Origin: Hyphomicrobiales bacterium
Lineage (GTDB): Bacteria > Pseudomonadota > Alphaproteobacteria > Rhizobiales > Beijerinckiaceae
Direction of reading: 5' to 3'
Assembly: GCA_038199665.1 (NCBI GenBank)
Contig: JBBPYT010000410.1
Span: 1-37,916 of the forward strand
DNA: 37,916 nucleotides
This document shows, one piece after another, positions 1-9,248 of the stretch; position 1 is the first letter of the stretch; each line of letters begins with the position of its first letter. The notes below the pieces were generated by a model. It did no database searches, had not been told where the DNA came from, and was given only the letters and a program-made list of their open reading frames with translations. Made by a program: the position numbers and the translations under genes.

Positions 1-1095
1 CGCGGGCTGGGCCTCCGACGCGGGCGCGATCGACGGCTCGCTGCTTTGCGGAATGGGTGCCGGAACCGTCGCGCTGTCGCTCGATGGTTCCGGCTCGCGG
101 GCCGGCTCGCTCGCCGTATCGCCCCCGACCCGGTCGACGAGCTTGCCAGGGGTTTCTGGTGAGGCGTTCTCGGTCCGGGCGGCCGCGACTTGCTCGGGTC
201 GATCTCGCAGTTTCCAGGCCGCGACCGCGATACCAAGGACCAGCACGCAAGCCAAGCAGGCGACGACATAGAAACCGACGCTTCTCGGCTCCACCGTCGC
301 GGGCCGCGGCGCCGCGGGCCGCACGTCGTCGCGTCCCTGCTCAGGTGTCCCGCCCGGCGCGTTCCCGCGCGAAGCAATCTCATCCTCACTGTCCCAGCCG
401 CCCCGGTCCTGAGCGGGACGCGAGGCGACAGGCACCTCCAGCCTCGGCGCCGTCGGCAGAACCGGCGAGGATCCGGCCCCAGACGAACCGCTCGACGGGG
501 GCGAACGATCGAAGGGCGGCACGGCCGGTGCGGTCTCATCGGTGTCGGAAGCAATCGGGAAGGTGCTCGGCGGTGCCCACGATGGGGCATCCGGCTTGGT
601 CACGCTTCCGATTCGAGCCGCCGTTTCAGGGGTCCTGCCGGACGTCGGCGGAAGCGGAACCGCAGGTCCGGCCCTGGTCGAGCCGCTTGGTGCTCCGGGA
701 GGCCGAGCGGCCGAAACGCGGGGCGGGGATGCGGAACCGCGCGGCTCCAAAACCGGTCTCTCCCGCACCGGTGGGGGCACGACCGGGGCAGCCTTGCCGG
801 GCGGCAAGCCCGGCGCCACCGCTTCAGGCCGCGACGAAGCCGGGCGGGTTGCGGCCAGGGCGTTCGAAGCCGCGCGCGGCTTCTCCGTCCCAAAGCGTCG
901 TTCCAGTCGAGCGATCGCCTCGTCGAGGGCTACGCTCTCGCGCTGGATTTCATCCTCAGGTACGGGCGGCTTCATGGCGCGCAGCTGACCCAGCAATGCC
1001 GTGCGCGCGCGAACGTAGACCGCCGCCCGGGAGGCGGGAGTCGCATCCTGAAGTCCGGCAATCGCGCGTTCCAGAAGCGGGTAATATTCGGCCAT
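1..1095 (-). CDS. Conserved membrane-anchored hypothetical protein, possibly RgsA-like (partial, runs off the left edge)
   Basis: Not in the ORF track. Hand translation from ATG at 1095 gives MAEYYPLLERAIAGLQDATPASRAAVYVRARTALLGQLR..., open to base 1. It has a helical N-terminus, a long Pro/Ala-rich linker and a TM segment (VGFYVVACLACVLGIAVAAW, ~215-280). It lies directly downstream of purA. Confidence 0.8.
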   Translation of the reverse strand, partial: MAEYYPLLERAIAGLQDATPASRAAVYVRARTALLGQLRAMKPPVPEDEIQRESVALDEAIARLERRFGTEKPRAASNALAATRPASSRPEAVAPGLPPGKAAPVVPPPVRERPVLEPRGSASPPRVSAARPPGAPSGSTRAGPAVPLPPTSGRTPETAARIGSVTKPDAPSWAPPSTFPIASDTDETAPAVPPFDRSPPSSGSSGAGSSPVLPTAPRLEVPVASRPAQDRGGWDSEDEIASRGNAPGGTPEQGRDDVRPAAPRPATVEPRSVGFYVVACLACVLVLGIAVAAWKLRDRPEQVAAARTENASPETPGKLVDRVGGDTASEPAREPEPSSDSATVPAPIPQSSEPSIAPASEAQPA

Positions 1096-1177
1096 GAGAC
1101 GTTCAGACCATTCAATACCGCGTCCGTCAACCCGTCGAAATCATCAATAGGCGAAGCGGATGGGGGTTTGCGGAAGG

Positions 1178-2473
1178 CTAATCCTGGAAGGGGTTGCGGA
1201 CCAGGATCGTGTCGTCCCGTTCAGGGCTTGTGGATAAAAGCGAAACGGGCGCCCCCACGAGTTCTTCGATGTAGCGGACGTACTTGATCGCCTGCGCCGG
1301 AAGCGCCGCCCAGGACCGTGCGCCGCCTGTCGCGCCGTCCCAGCCGTCGAAGCTCTCGTAGATCGGCTGGATCCGGCCTTGCGCCGCTTGGCTGGCCGGT
1401 AGCCGGTCGATGGCTTCGCCGTCGAGCCGGTAGCCGGTGCAGATCTTGATTTCATCGAAGCCATCCAGAATGTCGAGCTTGGTCAAGGCGAGACCCTGGA
1501 TTCCACTCGTCTTCACGGCATGGCGGACCAGTACCGCATCAAACCAGCCGCAACGCCGCCGCCGGCCCGTGTTGACGCCATATTCCCGGCCCTTGTCTCC
1601 AATCAGCCGGCCAATGTCGTCATGCAATTCGGTCGGGAAGGGGCCACCGCCGACCCGGGTCGTGTAGGCCTTGACGATGCCGAGCACGTATCCGATGGCT
1701 CCCGGCCCGAGCCCGGAGCCGGTGGCGGCGCTTCCTGCCACAGTGTTCGACGAGGTCACGAACGGATATGTGCCGTGGTCGATGTCCAGCATGGCGCCCT
1801 GCGCGCCCTCGAACAGGATGCGCTTTCCGGAACGACGGGCCGCATCCAGGATGTCGAAGGTTGGGGCCATATAGGGGAGGATGCTCGGCGCGATGGCCTC
1901 GAGGTCCGCCCGGATGTCTTCCACCGCGATCGGCACCAGGCCTAGTCCGCGGCGTAAGGGTTCATGGTGCGCCATCAGACGCGCGATCTTCTCGTCCAGC
2001 GAGGAGGGCTCGGCGAGATCCATGACCCGGATGGCGCGGCGGCCGACCTTGTCCTCGTAGGCCGGGCCGATGCCGCGTTTCGTGGTGCCGATGGCCCCCG
2101 CCGCAGGGCCGTCGGCCTCGCGATGCGCATCGAGTTCCCGATGCAGCGGCAGGATCAGCGTGCAATTTTCCGCGACTTTGAGGTTGTCCGTTCCGATCGC
2201 GACGCCCTGGCCGCGCAGGGTTTCTATTTCCCTGGCCAGATGCCAGGGATCGAGCACTACCCCGTTGCCGATGACCGAGAGCTTGCCCGGCCGCACGATG
2301 CCCGAGGGCAGCAGCGCCAGCTTGTAGACCTTGTCGCCGATGACCAGCGTATGGCCGGCATTATGGCCGCCCTGGAACCGCACCACCACGTCGGCTTCCG
2401 TCGACAGCCAGTCGACGATCTTGCCTTTTCCCTCGTCGCCCCATTGGGCGCCGACCACCACAACATTGGCCAT
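1178..2473 (-). CDS. purA: Adenylosuccinate synthetase
   Basis: [65 protein letters not shown] motifs. Start reassigned to ATG 2473. Confidence 0.98.
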   Translation of the reverse strand: MANVVVVGAQWGDEGKGKIVDWLSTEADVVVRFQGGHNAGHTLVIGDKVYKLALLPSGIVRPGKLSVIGNGVVLDPWHLAREIETLRGQGVAIGTDNLKVAENCTLILPLHRELDAHREADGPAAGAIGTTKRGIGPAYEDKVGRRAIRVMDLAEPSSLDEKIARLMAHHEPLRRGLGLVPIAVEDIRADLEAIAPSILPYMAPTFDILDAARRSGKRILFEGAQGAMLDIDHGTYPFVTSSNTVAGSAATGSGLGPGAIGYVLGIVKAYTTRVGGGPFPTELHDDIGRLIGDKGREYGVNTGRRRRCGWFDAVLVRHAVKTSGIQGLALTKLDILDGFDEIKICTGYRLDGEAIDRLPASQAAQGRIQPIYESFDGWDGATGGARSWAALPAQAIKYVRYIEELVGAPVSLLSTSPERDDTILVRNPFQD

Positions 2474-2501
2474 GGCTGAATTCGCTCGACACTGAGGCGA
2501 C

Positions 2502-2578
2502 AAAACGAACCCGCGCGCTTCCCTGGAAACGCACGGGTCATTGCGGCCGAAGGTAGCGAATGGGTTTTAAGGAGTAAA
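2502..2578 (-). promoter_or_regulatory. Putative sigma70 promoter and leader hairpin of purA
   Basis: Minus strand TTTACT(2578-2573)-17 nt-TACCTT(2555-2550), followed by a 13-14 bp stem ACCCGTGCGTTTCC/GGAAGCGCGCGGGT (2538-2509) and CGTTTTGT. Confidence 0.5.
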
Positions 2579-2579
2579 G

Positions 2580-2945
2580 TCAGGGATGCCCTCGCGGGTA
2601 TCGGTCGAGCACTCGGTTCGTGAAAGCGAGCCAAAGCAAGCCCATCCAGTGAAGACCTGAGAAGACGCAAGGTCTGGTTGCTGCGAAGTCGTAGCCGATG
2701 CAGGCAGGCCGGCGTCGTTGGAGGCGGACTGAGCTGCGCCCAATGGAAGGCGATCTCGCCCAGTGCGCCATCGCGTTCAAGACCCGTATAAAGCACGGCC
2801 GGCCCATGGGTCGGAGACCAGCGGCCGCCGGCGTCGATGATGTCGTCGGATCGAGCTTGCGTCGTGTGGCTCGGAAAACGACACCCTCGAATGTTTCTGC
2901 AGGCAATGCGCTCAGTCGATCGATGAGAACGCGATCATGGATCAA
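2580..2945 (-). pseudogene. RES-domain toxin, frameshifted and truncated
   Basis: GAGGA followed by TTG at 2945 begins LIHDRVLIDRLS..VFRATR..LDP. The RES motifs GGRW..AVLYTGLERDGALGEIAFH continue in another frame after an apparent 1-nt deletion near 2833. The 3' boundary is approximate. Confidence 0.75.
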
Positions 2946-2957
2946 CTGCTGCGATCC

Positions 2958-3245
2958 TCGGATATGCACGCTGTCGCGCAACTGGTTGACGACTGCAATC
3001 GCGTCTCGGGACCGACCCTCCTGAATGAGTTCTGCAGGCGACACATTCCCAAGTAGGCGCTGCGGCGCATAGAGCCAAAGACGAGTTTCCTGCGGCTCAT
3101 AGATATCGGACAGCTGATCGATGATGAATTCCAGAGCCAGAAGCTGCTTTTCGGCGTCCGGACGAGGGAAGGCTTTGCCCTGATTCCAGCGTGAAACCGT
3201 CTCAGGCCGTGCCTTGAGCAGGTTTGCAACATCGATGGAACGCAT
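2958..3245 (-). pseudogene. Xre/MbcA/ParS-type antitoxin (HTH plus C-terminal toxin-binding domain), stop apparently lost and 5' end probably truncated
   Basis: DVANLLKARPETVSRWNQG (HTH) and RLWLYAPQRLLGNVSPAELIQEGR (MbcA/ParS C-terminal signature). The domain ends at LRDSVHI, followed by CGA (2960-2958) where a TGA would be expected. Confidence 0.75.
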
Positions 3246-3306
3246 CGCTCCTTTTTCCTGAATGACGTTCGATCCGGTGTCAGCAGCCTTCCAGAGTCGT
3301 GCTCGG

Positions 3307-4887
3307 TCAGACCCGCAGGACCCGCCCGGCCTTCACGCCGGGCAGGGACTGGATCTTCTCGAGCGCCGCAGCGGGCACCTCGCCGTCGATCTCGACCAAC
3401 GCGATGGCGGAGCCGCCGGGCGCGTCGCGGCCGAGCGCGAAGGTCGCGATATTGACGCCGGCATCGCCGAGCGTGGTCGCGAAGCGACCGATGAAGCCGG
3501 GCTTATCCTCGTTGGTCACATAGAGCATCGAGGGCGCGAATTCCGCCTCGACCTTGATGTTCTTGATCTGCACGATCCTCGGCTTGCCATCCGTGAACAC
3601 CGTGCCGGCCAGCGAGCGTTCCTGTGCGTCGGTCGTGATCGACAGGGTGATCAGCGATTCATAGTCGCTCTCGGCGGCGCGCGTCACTTCCTCGATTATG
3701 ATGCCGCGGTCCTTGGCGACTGTAGGAGCGGAAACGACATTGACCTGGCTCAGGGCGGGGCGAAGCAGGCCGGCCAGGGCGGAAGCCGTCAAGGCGCGCG
3801 TGTTGAGGTTTGCGGCTTCTCCCTCGTAGGTCAGCTTGACCTGCCGGATCGAGGCTTCGGTCAACTGGCCGGCAAAGGAGCCCAGCCGTTCCGCGAGGGC
3901 GATCATGGGTCGGAGTCTTGGGGCTTCCTCGGCCGTAATCGACGGGAAGTTGACCGCATTCGAGATGGCGCCGCGCATCAGGTAGTCCGACATCTGCTCG
4001 GCCACTTGCAGGGCGACATTCTCCTGGGCCTCGGTCGTGGCCGCCCCGAGATGCGGTGTGCAAACGACGTTCGGATGCCCGAACAGCGGATTTTCCTTGG
4101 CCGGCTCCTGGGTAAAAACGTCGATGGCTGCGCCGGCCACTTGGCCGCTGTCGAGCAGCTTGCGCAGGGCCGTTTCGTCGACGAGACCGCCGCGGGCGCA
4201 GTTGATGATGCGAACGCCCTTCTTGGTCTTGTCCAGCTTCTCGGCCGAGAGAATGTTCTTGGTTTGCGGTGTCATCGGTGTGTGCAGCGTGATGATGTCG
4301 GCGCGGTGCAGCAGATCTTCGAGGTCCACCTTCTCGACGCCGAGGTCCAGCGCGCGTTCCGATGACAGGAAGGGGTCGAAAGCGATGACGCGCATTCTGA
4401 GCCCTATGGCGCGGCTCGCGACGATCGAGCCGATGTTGCCGCAGCCGATGATGCCGAGCACCTTGCCGGTGATCTCGACGCCCATGAAGCGGTTCTTCTC
4501 CCATTTTCCGGCCTGGGTGGAGATGTCTGCCGCGGGGATCTGGCGCGCCAGCGCGAACATCAGCGCGATGGCGTGTTCGGCCGTGGTGATGGAATTGCCG
4601 AAGGGCGTGTTCATCACGATCACGCCCCTGGCGGTCGCGGCCGGAATGTCGACGTTGTCGACCCCGATACCGGCGCGGCCCACCACCTTCAGCCTGCCGG
4701 CGGCTTCGAGCAGCTTGGCCGTGACTTTGGTGGCGGACCGGATGGCAAGGCCGTCATAATCGCCGATGATGGCCGCGAGCCCGTCCTTGTCGAGACCGGG
4801 CTTGAAATCGACCTCGACGCCCCGCTCGCGGAAAATGTCGATGGCAGCCGAGGAAAGCGCGTCGGAAATGAGGACACGAGGGGACAT
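3307..4887 (-). CDS. serA: D-3-phosphoglycerate dehydrogenase (long form with ASB and ACT domains)
   Basis: MSPRVLISD start with an AAGGA RBS; GRAGIGVDNVD, GCGNIG, INCARGG, TPHLGAATTEAQ and a C-terminal ACT domain (NEDKPGFIG). Confidence 0.97.
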   Translation of the reverse strand: MSPRVLISDALSSAAIDIFRERGVEVDFKPGLDKDGLAAIIGDYDGLAIRSATKVTAKLLEAAGRLKVVGRAGIGVDNVDIPAATARGVIVMNTPFGNSITTAEHAIALMFALARQIPAADISTQAGKWEKNRFMGVEITGKVLGIIGCGNIGSIVASRAIGLRMRVIAFDPFLSSERALDLGVEKVDLEDLLHRADIITLHTPMTPQTKNILSAEKLDKTKKGVRIINCARGGLVDETALRKLLDSGQVAGAAIDVFTQEPAKENPLFGHPNVVCTPHLGAATTEAQENVALQVAEQMSDYLMRGAISNAVNFPSITAEEAPRLRPMIALAERLGSFAGQLTEASIRQVKLTYEGEAANLNTRALTASALAGLLRPALSQVNVVSAPTVAKDRGIIIEEVTRAAESDYESLITLSITTDAQERSLAGTVFTDGKPRIVQIKNIKVEAEFAPSMLYVTNEDKPGFIGRFATTLGDAGVNIATFALGRDAPGGSAIALVEIDGEVPAAALEKIQSLPGVKAGRVLRV

Positions 4888-4957
4888 GGGAACATCCTTT
4901 GGACCAAGCTTTCCCGTCCGGACCCGACCCGTCCGAGACCGGAAGGAGTCCTCGCCG

Positions 4958-5007
4958 GCCTCGTCCTTCGACGCGGGCCGGAGAGGCCCGGCTCCGGATG
5001 AGGGCTT
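4958..5007. repeat. REP-like ~50 bp palindromic element, family A copy 1
   Basis: CCTCGTCCTTCGACGCGG...CCGGCTCCGGATGAGGGCTT aligns with the reverse complement of 26278-26326 (CCTCGTCCTGCGACTCGG...CCGGCTCAGGAAGAGGGCTT). Confidence 0.7.
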
Positions 5008-5078
5008 CTGTGGTCGAGAACGGGACGGCGAAGGCTGGAGCGAGAGTAAGCGAGTGTGAACGGAGAAGGAGGTCCTGC

Positions 5079-6251
5079 TCACGCCGCGGCGCGGAATTCG
5101 CCGGATGCGACAGCGTAGGCCCAGTCGAGCCAATGCGTCAGGGCCTCGACGTCGGCCGTCTCAACCGTTGCACCGCACCAGATGCGCAGCCCGGGCGGCG
5201 CATCGCGGTAGGACCCGATGTCGAACGCGACGCCCTCCTTTTCGAGGACCGCGGCGAGGCTCTTGGCGAATTTGGCCTGGGCCTCGCCCGATTGCGCCGT
5301 GATGACCGGGTCGACTACCTTCAGGCAAACGGAGGTGTTCGATCGCGTTGCCGGATCGGACGCCAGATGATCCACCCAAGGCGTGCGCGCGACCCAGTCG
5401 GCCAGCGCCTTGGCGTTGCGGTCGGCGCGACCGATCAGGCCCTTGAGTCCGCCCACCGCCTTGCCCCATTTGAGCGCATCGAGATAATCCTCGACGCAGA
5501 GCATCGACGGCGTGTTGATGGTTTCGCCGGCGAAGATACCCTCTGCGAGCTTGCCGCCGGAGGTCAGCCGGAACACCTTGGGCAGGGGACGCGGCGGCAC
5601 GTAAGTCCGCAGCCGTTCGGCGGCGCGGGGCGAGAGCACCAGCATGCCGTGTGCGGCTTCGCCGCCGATTGCCTTCTGCCACGAGAAGGTCACGACATCC
5701 AGCTTCGGCCAGGGAAGATCCTGCGCGAAGGCGGCCGAGGTCGCGTCGCAGATCGTCAGGCCCGCGCGGCGCTCCGGGATGTGGTCCCTGTCGGGCACGC
5801 GCACGCCCGAAGTCGTGCCGTTCCAGGTAAAGACCACATCGTGGTCGAAGTCCACCTCGGCGAAATCGACGATCCCGCCGTAGGGCGCCTTCAGCACCCG
5901 TGCCTCATCAAGCTTGAGCTGTTTGACGACGTCCGTCACCCAGCCTTCGCCGAAGCTTTCCCAGGCCAGGACGTCGACGGGCCGGGCGCCGAGCATCGTC
6001 CACATGGCCATTTCGACCGCGCCGGTGTCCGAACCGGGCACGATGCCGATGCGGTAATGGGCCGGAATTTCGAGGAGGTCGCGGGTGAGGTCGATGGCGA
6101 CTTGCAGCTTCGCCCTGCCGACCTTGGCGCGGTGCGATCGGCCGAGGGCTGCGTCGCCGAGCGCTTCGAGAGTCCAGCCGGGGCGCTTGGCACAGGGGCC
6201 GGACGAAAAGCACGGATTTCCCGGCCGCGTGGCGGGTTTCGTAGCGTTCAT
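5079..6251 (-). CDS. serC: Phosphoserine aminotransferase (alphaproteobacterial/Methanosarcina type)
   Basis: [46 protein letters not shown] (PLP lysine), TINTPS; directly upstream of serA. Confidence 0.97.
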   Translation of the reverse strand: MNATKPATRPGNPCFSSGPCAKRPGWTLEALGDAALGRSHRAKVGRAKLQVAIDLTRDLLEIPAHYRIGIVPGSDTGAVEMAMWTMLGARPVDVLAWESFGEGWVTDVVKQLKLDEARVLKAPYGGIVDFAEVDFDHDVVFTWNGTTSGVRVPDRDHIPERRAGLTICDATSAAFAQDLPWPKLDVVTFSWQKAIGGEAAHGMLVLSPRAAERLRTYVPPRPLPKVFRLTSGGKLAEGIFAGETINTPSMLCVEDYLDALKWGKAVGGLKGLIGRADRNAKALADWVARTPWVDHLASDPATRSNTSVCLKVVDPVITAQSGEAQAKFAKSLAAVLEKEGVAFDIGSYRDAPPGLRIWCGATVETADVEALTHWLDWAYAVASGEFRAAA

Positions 6252-6254
6252 TGT

Positions 6255-6303
6255 AGTCCATCCTCTCAGATGGGCGCCTCTCGTTGGGGAGAGGTGTCCC
6301 GCC
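6255..6303 (-). ncRNA. serC leader cis-regulatory RNA motif
   Basis: Minus strand GGGACACCTCTC-CCCAAC-GAGAGGCGCCC, then CCATC-TGAGAG-GATGG, which sequesters the RBS just before the serC ATG. This fits the alphaproteobacterial serC-leader motif as recalled. Confidence 0.75.
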
Positions 6304-6307
6304 GCCG

Positions 6308-6336
6308 GGGCTATCCGAAAGGTCGGAAACCGTCAA
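6308..6336 (-). promoter_or_regulatory. Putative sigma70 promoter of serC-serA
   Basis: TTGACG(6336-6331)-17 nt-TAGCCC(6313-6308). The implied start site (~6301) coincides with the 5' end of the leader motif. Confidence 0.55.
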
Positions 6337-6527
6337 GTCTTAGCCGGATTCGGAATGGGCCGACGCTGTTCGGCTAGCTTTGGCCGGCACTTGGCCCGCC
6401 CATAACTACTTCGAAGATCCGGTTCTTTGGCGCAGCGGTATGAGCCCAGGAGCCTTTTGGGAGCGCCGGCCAGCTCCGTTGCGGACCCGGCCAGCTTTCG
6501 GGGTGGCGTGGCTGCGAGCCCCAGCAG

Positions 6528-6950
6528 TTAGGTCGGCGGCATCGTCTCGAAGATCGCGAGGCCCGGCGGTATCGCGGCCCAGGCCGGGCGGTCGCGGGCG
6601 AAGATCGCGATTGTCGGATGGAATCCCGAGGGGTCGTCCAGAGAGCCCGCATAGATCGTGTGGGACTCGTCCCTGCCGACTTCTCCACCGAAGACGAGGC
6701 TGCCGCAAACGGGACAGGAATTGCGCACGGCATCACCGCCCCTGAACGACTTCGACCGAAACTGTCGCGTTTGGCCGCCAAAGCGAACGGCACTGCTCGC
6801 AAATCCCATGAATGGCACGAAACCGGAGCCGGAGGCTTTGCGGCAATCGCCGCAGTAACAGTGCCCCGCCAAAAGCGGCCCGCCCTCCGCTTCATATCGC
6901 ACTGCGCCACAAAGACAGCCGCCCGTGTAACGCTTTCCGTTCCCGCTCAT
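6528..6950 (-). CDS. GFA (glutathione-dependent formaldehyde-activating / CENP-V) family protein
   Basis: GGCLCGAVRY, HCYCGDCRK and CPVCGS zinc motifs; GSLDDP. Confidence 0.92.
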   Translation of the reverse strand: MSGNGKRYTGGCLCGAVRYEAEGGPLLAGHCYCGDCRKASGSGFVPFMGFASSAVRFGGQTRQFRSKSFRGGDAVRNSCPVCGSLVFGGEVGRDESHTIYAGSLDDPSGFHPTIAIFARDRPAWAAIPPGLAIFETMPPT

Positions 6951-7069
6951 TTGAAATGTCCCTTGCAGCCGAGACCGGTTCAGTGCACGCCCCCATGGGC
7001 CGGTTTCACCATTCTCGGGCCTTCACCAAGACTGACGATAGTCGCGCTCCCGCCCAGCAGAACTCTCGC

Positions 7070-8062
7070 TCAGCGCACGTAGCCGGCCTCTTTGAACCAG
7101 GCGACGGCATCGGCCAGGGCCTCCGCATAGGGGCGAGCCCAGTAGCCGAGCTCACGCTCGGCCTTGGCGGACGAAAAGAACATCCGGTACTTGGCCATCT
7201 TTAGCCCGTCGACGGTCGCGAACGGCTCCTTGCCGATGAAGCGCGCCGCGAATTCGGCCGCGTAGGCGACGGGGAACAGCAGCCCGCGCGGCAGTTGCAC
7301 GGTGGGCGGCTTGCGGCCGACAAGCTTCGCTATGACGCCCAGCATCTCGCGAAGCTTCACGTCCTGCCCGCCGAGGATGTAGCGTTCGCCAACCGTCCCA
7401 CGCCACCAGGCCAGCAGGTGGCCGCGGGCGACATCGTCGACATGGACCAGGTTGAGCCCCGTGTCGATGAAGGCCGGAATCCTGCCATTGGCGGCCTCCA
7501 CCACGATCCGCCCCGTCGGGGTCGGCTTGATGTCGCGCGGGCCGATCGGCGTCGAGGGATTGACGATGACGGCCGGCAGGCCGTCCGCCGCCATCTCTTC
7601 GACCAGCCTCTCGGCCATGACCTTCGAGCGTTTGTAGGCCCCGATCGTGGTTTCCGGCGCATTGGGCGAGGTTTCGTCGACCGGTACGCCGTCCTCGCGC
7701 AGCGCCAACGTGGCCACGCTGCTGGTATAGACGATCTTGTCGAGATTGGCGCGGCGGGCCGCCTGCATGACGGTGCGCGTGCCCTCCAGGTTGGCCTGCA
7801 CGATGTCTTCCGGATCGGGCGCCCACAGCCGGTAATCGGCCGCAACATGGAAGAGATGGCGCACGCCCTCGAGGGCCCGGTCCAGCGAGGCGCCGTCGCG
7901 CATGTCACCTTCGGCGATCTCGACGTCGAGACCCTCGAGGTTGTCGCGCGGGCTCGTCCGACGCACGAGCGCCCGAACCTTGTGACCCTCGGCCATCAGG
8001 GCGCGCAGCACCGCCGACCCGACGAAGCCGCTAGCGCCGGTGACCAGGATGGGGCCGGTCAT
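7070..8062 (-). CDS. hpnA: Hopanoid-associated NAD-dependent epimerase/dehydratase
   Basis: LVTGASGFVGS, HVAADYRLW, YTSSVA, YKRSK, NPSTPIGPRDIKPTPTG. Confidence 0.85.
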   Translation of the reverse strand: MTGPILVTGASGFVGSAVLRALMAEGHKVRALVRRTSPRDNLEGLDVEIAEGDMRDGASLDRALEGVRHLFHVAADYRLWAPDPEDIVQANLEGTRTVMQAARRANLDKIVYTSSVATLALREDGVPVDETSPNAPETTIGAYKRSKVMAERLVEEMAADGLPAVIVNPSTPIGPRDIKPTPTGRIVVEAANGRIPAFIDTGLNLVHVDDVARGHLLAWWRGTVGERYILGGQDVKLREMLGVIAKLVGRKPPTVQLPRGLLFPVAYAAEFAARFIGKEPFATVDGLKMAKYRMFFSSAKAERELGYWARPYAEALADAVAWFKEAGYVR

Positions 8063-8173
8063 GAGAATCTCCGTGCTGCCGTCGCGCTCCGAAAATGAGG
8101 GTGGCCGCGTGCCGGCTGAAACGACGCTTTGCGGGACGAAGGTCCGGCGGTGTCGCCGGACCGAAAGGACTTA

Positions 8174-9127
8174 TCAGTTGAGGGCGCGAGGGTCGTAAAG
8201 GTTCGCCATGTCGGGTTTCTGCTTGATCGTGCCGATCTGCAGCAGCAGATCTGCCGCCGTCTCCGAAAACGTCTGGAACTCGCTCGTGAAGAACTTCTTG
8301 TTCCCGTCGCGGTCGACCCAGCGGAGGTACTTGGCGGAATCCGCAAATTCCTCGGCCGATTGTTTCACGTCGGCGCCCATGATCTCGTCGGCCTTCTTCT
8401 CGTTGGCCTTGATATAGTCGAGCGCATCGAAATAGCTCTCAGCCAGAGCTTTGGCGGCGGCCGGATTGGCGTCGATGAACTTCGGCGTGCAGCCGAGCGA
8501 GTCGAGAACCATCGGATAGTCTAGCGTCGTCGCCAGGATGTGACCCGACTGCGGCTTGTCGCGCACCGACGACAGATAGGGCTCGTAGGTCGCGGCGGCG
8601 TCGTTCTGGCCGGCCAAAAAGGCCTGGGCGGCAGGTCCGGGCTCCATCGTCGCCGCGCGGACGTCCTTGATGCTCATCTTGTTGGCGTTGAGCATCCAGG
8701 CCAGCATGAAATAGGGCGTCGTGCCCGGTGCCGAGACCGCGACCGTCTTGCCTTTGAGGTCGGCGAAGCTTTTGATCTCGGCGCGGGCCACGATGCCGTC
8801 GGCCCCGTAGGACTTGTCGAGCTGGAACAATTGCTTCGCCGCCACGCCGTTGGCGTTCCACACCACATAGGTCTCGATCGTGGTGGCGGCGCACTGGATG
8901 TCACCGGACGCCAGAGCCAGCGCGCGACTGGCTTGGGGGATCTTCGGAAGCGTCACCTCCAGGCCGTGCTTCTTGAAAATGCCGGCCTCTTTGGCGAGCG
9001 TCAGCGGCCCGAAGCCGGTCCAGCCCGAGATGCCGATCGCCACCTTGGTGTCGGCCGCTTGGGCGCCTACACCCCAGCAGAGCGCTGCTGCCAAAGCGGC
9101 TGCTGCCGCAAATCTCATCCGTTTCAT
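8174..9127 (-). CDS. ABC transporter substrate-binding protein, NitT/TauT (SsuA/NMT1-like) family
   Basis: GAGGA RBS and ATG 9127; signal peptide MKRMRFAAAAALAAALCWGVGAQA; GWTGFGPL, KSYGADGIV, DLKGKTVAV, AAATYEPY. Confidence 0.88.
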   Translation of the reverse strand: MKRMRFAAAAALAAALCWGVGAQAADTKVAIGISGWTGFGPLTLAKEAGIFKKHGLEVTLPKIPQASRALALASGDIQCAATTIETYVVWNANGVAAKQLFQLDKSYGADGIVARAEIKSFADLKGKTVAVSAPGTTPYFMLAWMLNANKMSIKDVRAATMEPGPAAQAFLAGQNDAAATYEPYLSSVRDKPQSGHILATTLDYPMVLDSLGCTPKFIDANPAAAKALAESYFDALDYIKANEKKADEIMGADVKQSAEEFADSAKYLRWVDRDGNKKFFTSEFQTFSETAADLLLQIGTIKQKPDMANLYDPRALN

Positions 9128-9248
9128 CGTCGTGTCCTCGTTCCGTGCCGTGGCTGCGATTGTGGGTGCGCCGCAGCGGAAATGTCCAGAGGAGAAAGCA
9201 CCTCTTCCGTCCGCTTCGTCGGAGCGGTCCAGCTTGAGCGCAGAGGCC

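Noticed and set aside
53-1287. Long plus-strand ORFs (346 aa, 365 aa, 148 aa)
   Set aside because: Arg/Pro-rich shadows of the real minus-strand gene; no recognisable motifs. The same applies to the many antisense and alternate-frame ORFs across this GC-rich window, such as 23442-25916 and 31507-33861.
2257-2796. 179-aa ORF as an independent gene
   Set aside because: It is the out-of-frame 3' half of the RES toxin running on through the purA promoter and into purA.
9190-9235. Possible guanidine-II or other riboswitch ahead of the SBP
   Set aside because: One CCGCT/AGCGG stem with a 7-nt loop; the paired ACGR tetraloop hairpins are absent.
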